Origin: Acidimicrobiia bacterium
Lineage (GTDB): Bacteria > Actinomycetota > Acidimicrobiia > IMCC26256 > PALSA-610
NCBI GenBank assembly: GCA_052148155.1
Contig: JBKQIY010000051.1
Span: forward strand, 878 to 64,877
Direction of reading: 5' to 3'
Length of the DNA: 64,000 nucleotides
Positions 62,763 through 64,000 of this stretch are shown piece after piece. The notes beneath the pieces were generated by a model. That model saw only the letters and a program-made list of their open reading frames with translations, searched no databases and was not told the origin of the DNA. Each line of letters opens with the position of its first letter. Within the stretch, counting starts at the first letter, position 1. The position numbers and the translations under genes were made by a program.

Positions 62763-62805
62763 GATACCTCTCGTGAGCATCGAGCTTCGAACAAAGAGAG
62801 GTATC
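62763..62805 (+). promoter_or_regulatory. pnp leader hairpin: GATACCTCTC ... GAGAGGTATC, 10-bp stem whose 3' arm contains the pnp Shine-Dalgarno sequence
   Basis: Perfect inverted repeat 62763-72 / 62796-805. The GAGAGG ends 9 nt before the pnp ATG at 62811. Confidence 0.55.
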
Positions 62806-62810
62806 CGCGC

Positions 62811-64000
62811 ATGAGCGACAACGTCGTTCGCGTCACTGGTCCCATCAACGCCGCCGGACTCGAAATGACCCTCGAGACGGGCAAGCTGGCTGCACTCGCC
62901 GACGGTGCGGTGCTGGTCAAGGTTGGCGGCACCACGCTGTTGTCCACCGTTTGCACATCGAAGCCCCGCGAGGGCATCGACTTCTTCCCGCTCACCGTCG
63001 ACGTCGAAGAGCGCATGTACGCGGCGGGCAAGATCCCGGGTTCGTTCTTCCGGCGTGAAGGCCGTCCCGGCGAGCAGGCCATCCTGACGTGCCGGCTCAC
63101 CGACCGTCCGCTGCGCCCATCGTTCCCGTCCGACTTCCGCAACGAGGTCCAGGTCATCGCGACGATCCTCGGTGCCGACCTCGTGAACCCCCACGACGTC
63201 GCGTCGATCAACGGCGCGTCGGCCGCGCTGACGATCTCGGGGATTCCGTTCAACGGTCCGATCGGCGCGGTTCGGCTGTGCCATCACGACGGCCGCTGGA
63301 TCGCCCACCCGACGTTCCAAGAAGGTGACGATTCGACGTTCGAGATCGTCGTCGCAGGCCGTCGTCTCGACGACGGCGACGTCGCGATCATGATGGTCGA
63401 GGCCGGCGGCACCGCGCGCACGTGGGAGCTCTACGAGCAGGGCGCGCCGAAGGTCACCGAAGAGCTGATCGCACAAGGTTTGGAGGAGTCCAAGCAGTGG
63501 ATCGGCGCCGCGATCGATCTCCAGATCGCGTTGCATGCCGATTACGTGCTCGCGTCCGGGCCGATCGAGCCGGTCGCGTACAGCCCCGCGATCGACTATT
63601 CACCCGAAGTGTTCGCGACAGTCTCGGAACACGCGCAGGCCAAGACGGCCGAGGCGATGGCGACGGCCGACAAGCACGATCGCAACGCGATGCTCGACGA
63701 GATCCAGGCCGACCTGCTGATCGGCCTCGTCGGCAGCGACGAGATTCCGGGCAAGTTCGCGGGCGAGGGCACTGCGGTGAAGCGGGCCTTCCGCTCGCTG
63801 CAGAAAGAGGTGGTGCGCAGCCGCATCGTCAACGAGGGCGTGCGGATCGACGGTCGTGGTCCCACCGACATCCGGCCGCTGTCGGCCGAAACCGGCGTGC
63901 TCGCCACCTCGCACGGTGACGGACTGTTCCAACGCGGCGAAACGCAGGTGCTTTCGGTCGTCACCCTTGGCATGCCTCGCATGGAGCAGATGCTCGACAC
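62811..64000 (+). CDS. pnp: Polyribonucleotide nucleotidyltransferase (PNPase), 5' part; continues beyond the window
   Basis: My own translation, since the track omits ORFs with no stop in the window: MSDNVVRVTGPINAAGLEMTLETGKLAALADGAVLVKVGGTTLLSTVCTSKPREGIDFFPLTVDVEERMYAAGKIPGSFFRREGRPGEQAILTCRLTDRPLRPSFP. Confidence 0.93.
   Translation, partial: MSDNVVRVTGPINAAGLEMTLETGKLAALADGAVLVKVGGTTLLSTVCTSKPREGIDFFPLTVDVEERMYAAGKIPGSFFRREGRPGEQAILTCRLTDRPLRPSFPSDFRNEVQVIATILGADLVNPHDVASINGASAALTISGIPFNGPIGAVRLCHHDGRWIAHPTFQEGDDSTFEIVVAGRRLDDGDVAIMMVEAGGTARTWELYEQGAPKVTEELIAQGLEESKQWIGAAIDLQIALHADYVLASGPIEPVAYSPAIDYSPEVFATVSEHAQAKTAEAMATADKHDRNAMLDEIQADLLIGLVGSDEIPGKFAGEGTAVKRAFRSLQKEVVRSRIVNEGVRIDGRGPTDIRPLSAETGVLATSHGDGLFQRGETQVLSVVTLGMPRMEQMLD

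Overview
High-GC (Actinomycetota-like) chromosomal core region that is densely coding. Genes are often coupled by 1-4 nt overlaps (ATGA, GTGA, TGATG). About 65 protein genes are supported. I found no rRNA, tRNA, CRISPR array, transposase or prophage. Most of the window consists of three conserved housekeeping arrays. The first runs rpmB/yloV-recG-rsmD-coaD-sepIVA-like-yceD-rpmF-plsX-ACP-like-rnc-mutM-acyP-smc-ftsY-ffh-rpsP-KH-rimM-trmD-rplS. The second runs xerC-whiG ... rpsB-tsf-pyrH-frr-cdsA-dxr-rseP-ispG. The third runs rimP-nusA-ylxR-infB-DUF503-rbfA-nrnA-truB-ribF-rpsO-pnp. Two blocks of non-array genes interrupt these arrays. One block holds a Mo-oxidoreductase/cytochrome b pair, a hydrolase, a methyltransferase and an APS-type sulfate assimilation operon (sir-cysH-cysD-cysN). 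The other holds a PspC-domain envelope-stress module (histidine kinase plus LuxR-type regulator) and an ATP-dependent DNA ligase. I do not see a convincing novel multi-gene system such as a defence island. The observations most worth follow-up are: (1) an ACP-fold gene in the acpP slot upstream of rnc that has Asp in place of the phosphopantetheine serine; (2) a promoter-like box plus a canonical U-tract terminator with a competing alternative helix upstream of rimP-nusA; (3) a head-to-head junction of two 5'-truncated genes at the left edge; (4) three unusually long stretches with no assignable gene (about 0.5-0.8 kb each); (5) an RBS-sequestering hairpin in the pnp leader; (6) several short tandem repeats. 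All calls rest on reading the translations and the DNA by eye. No database search was run.
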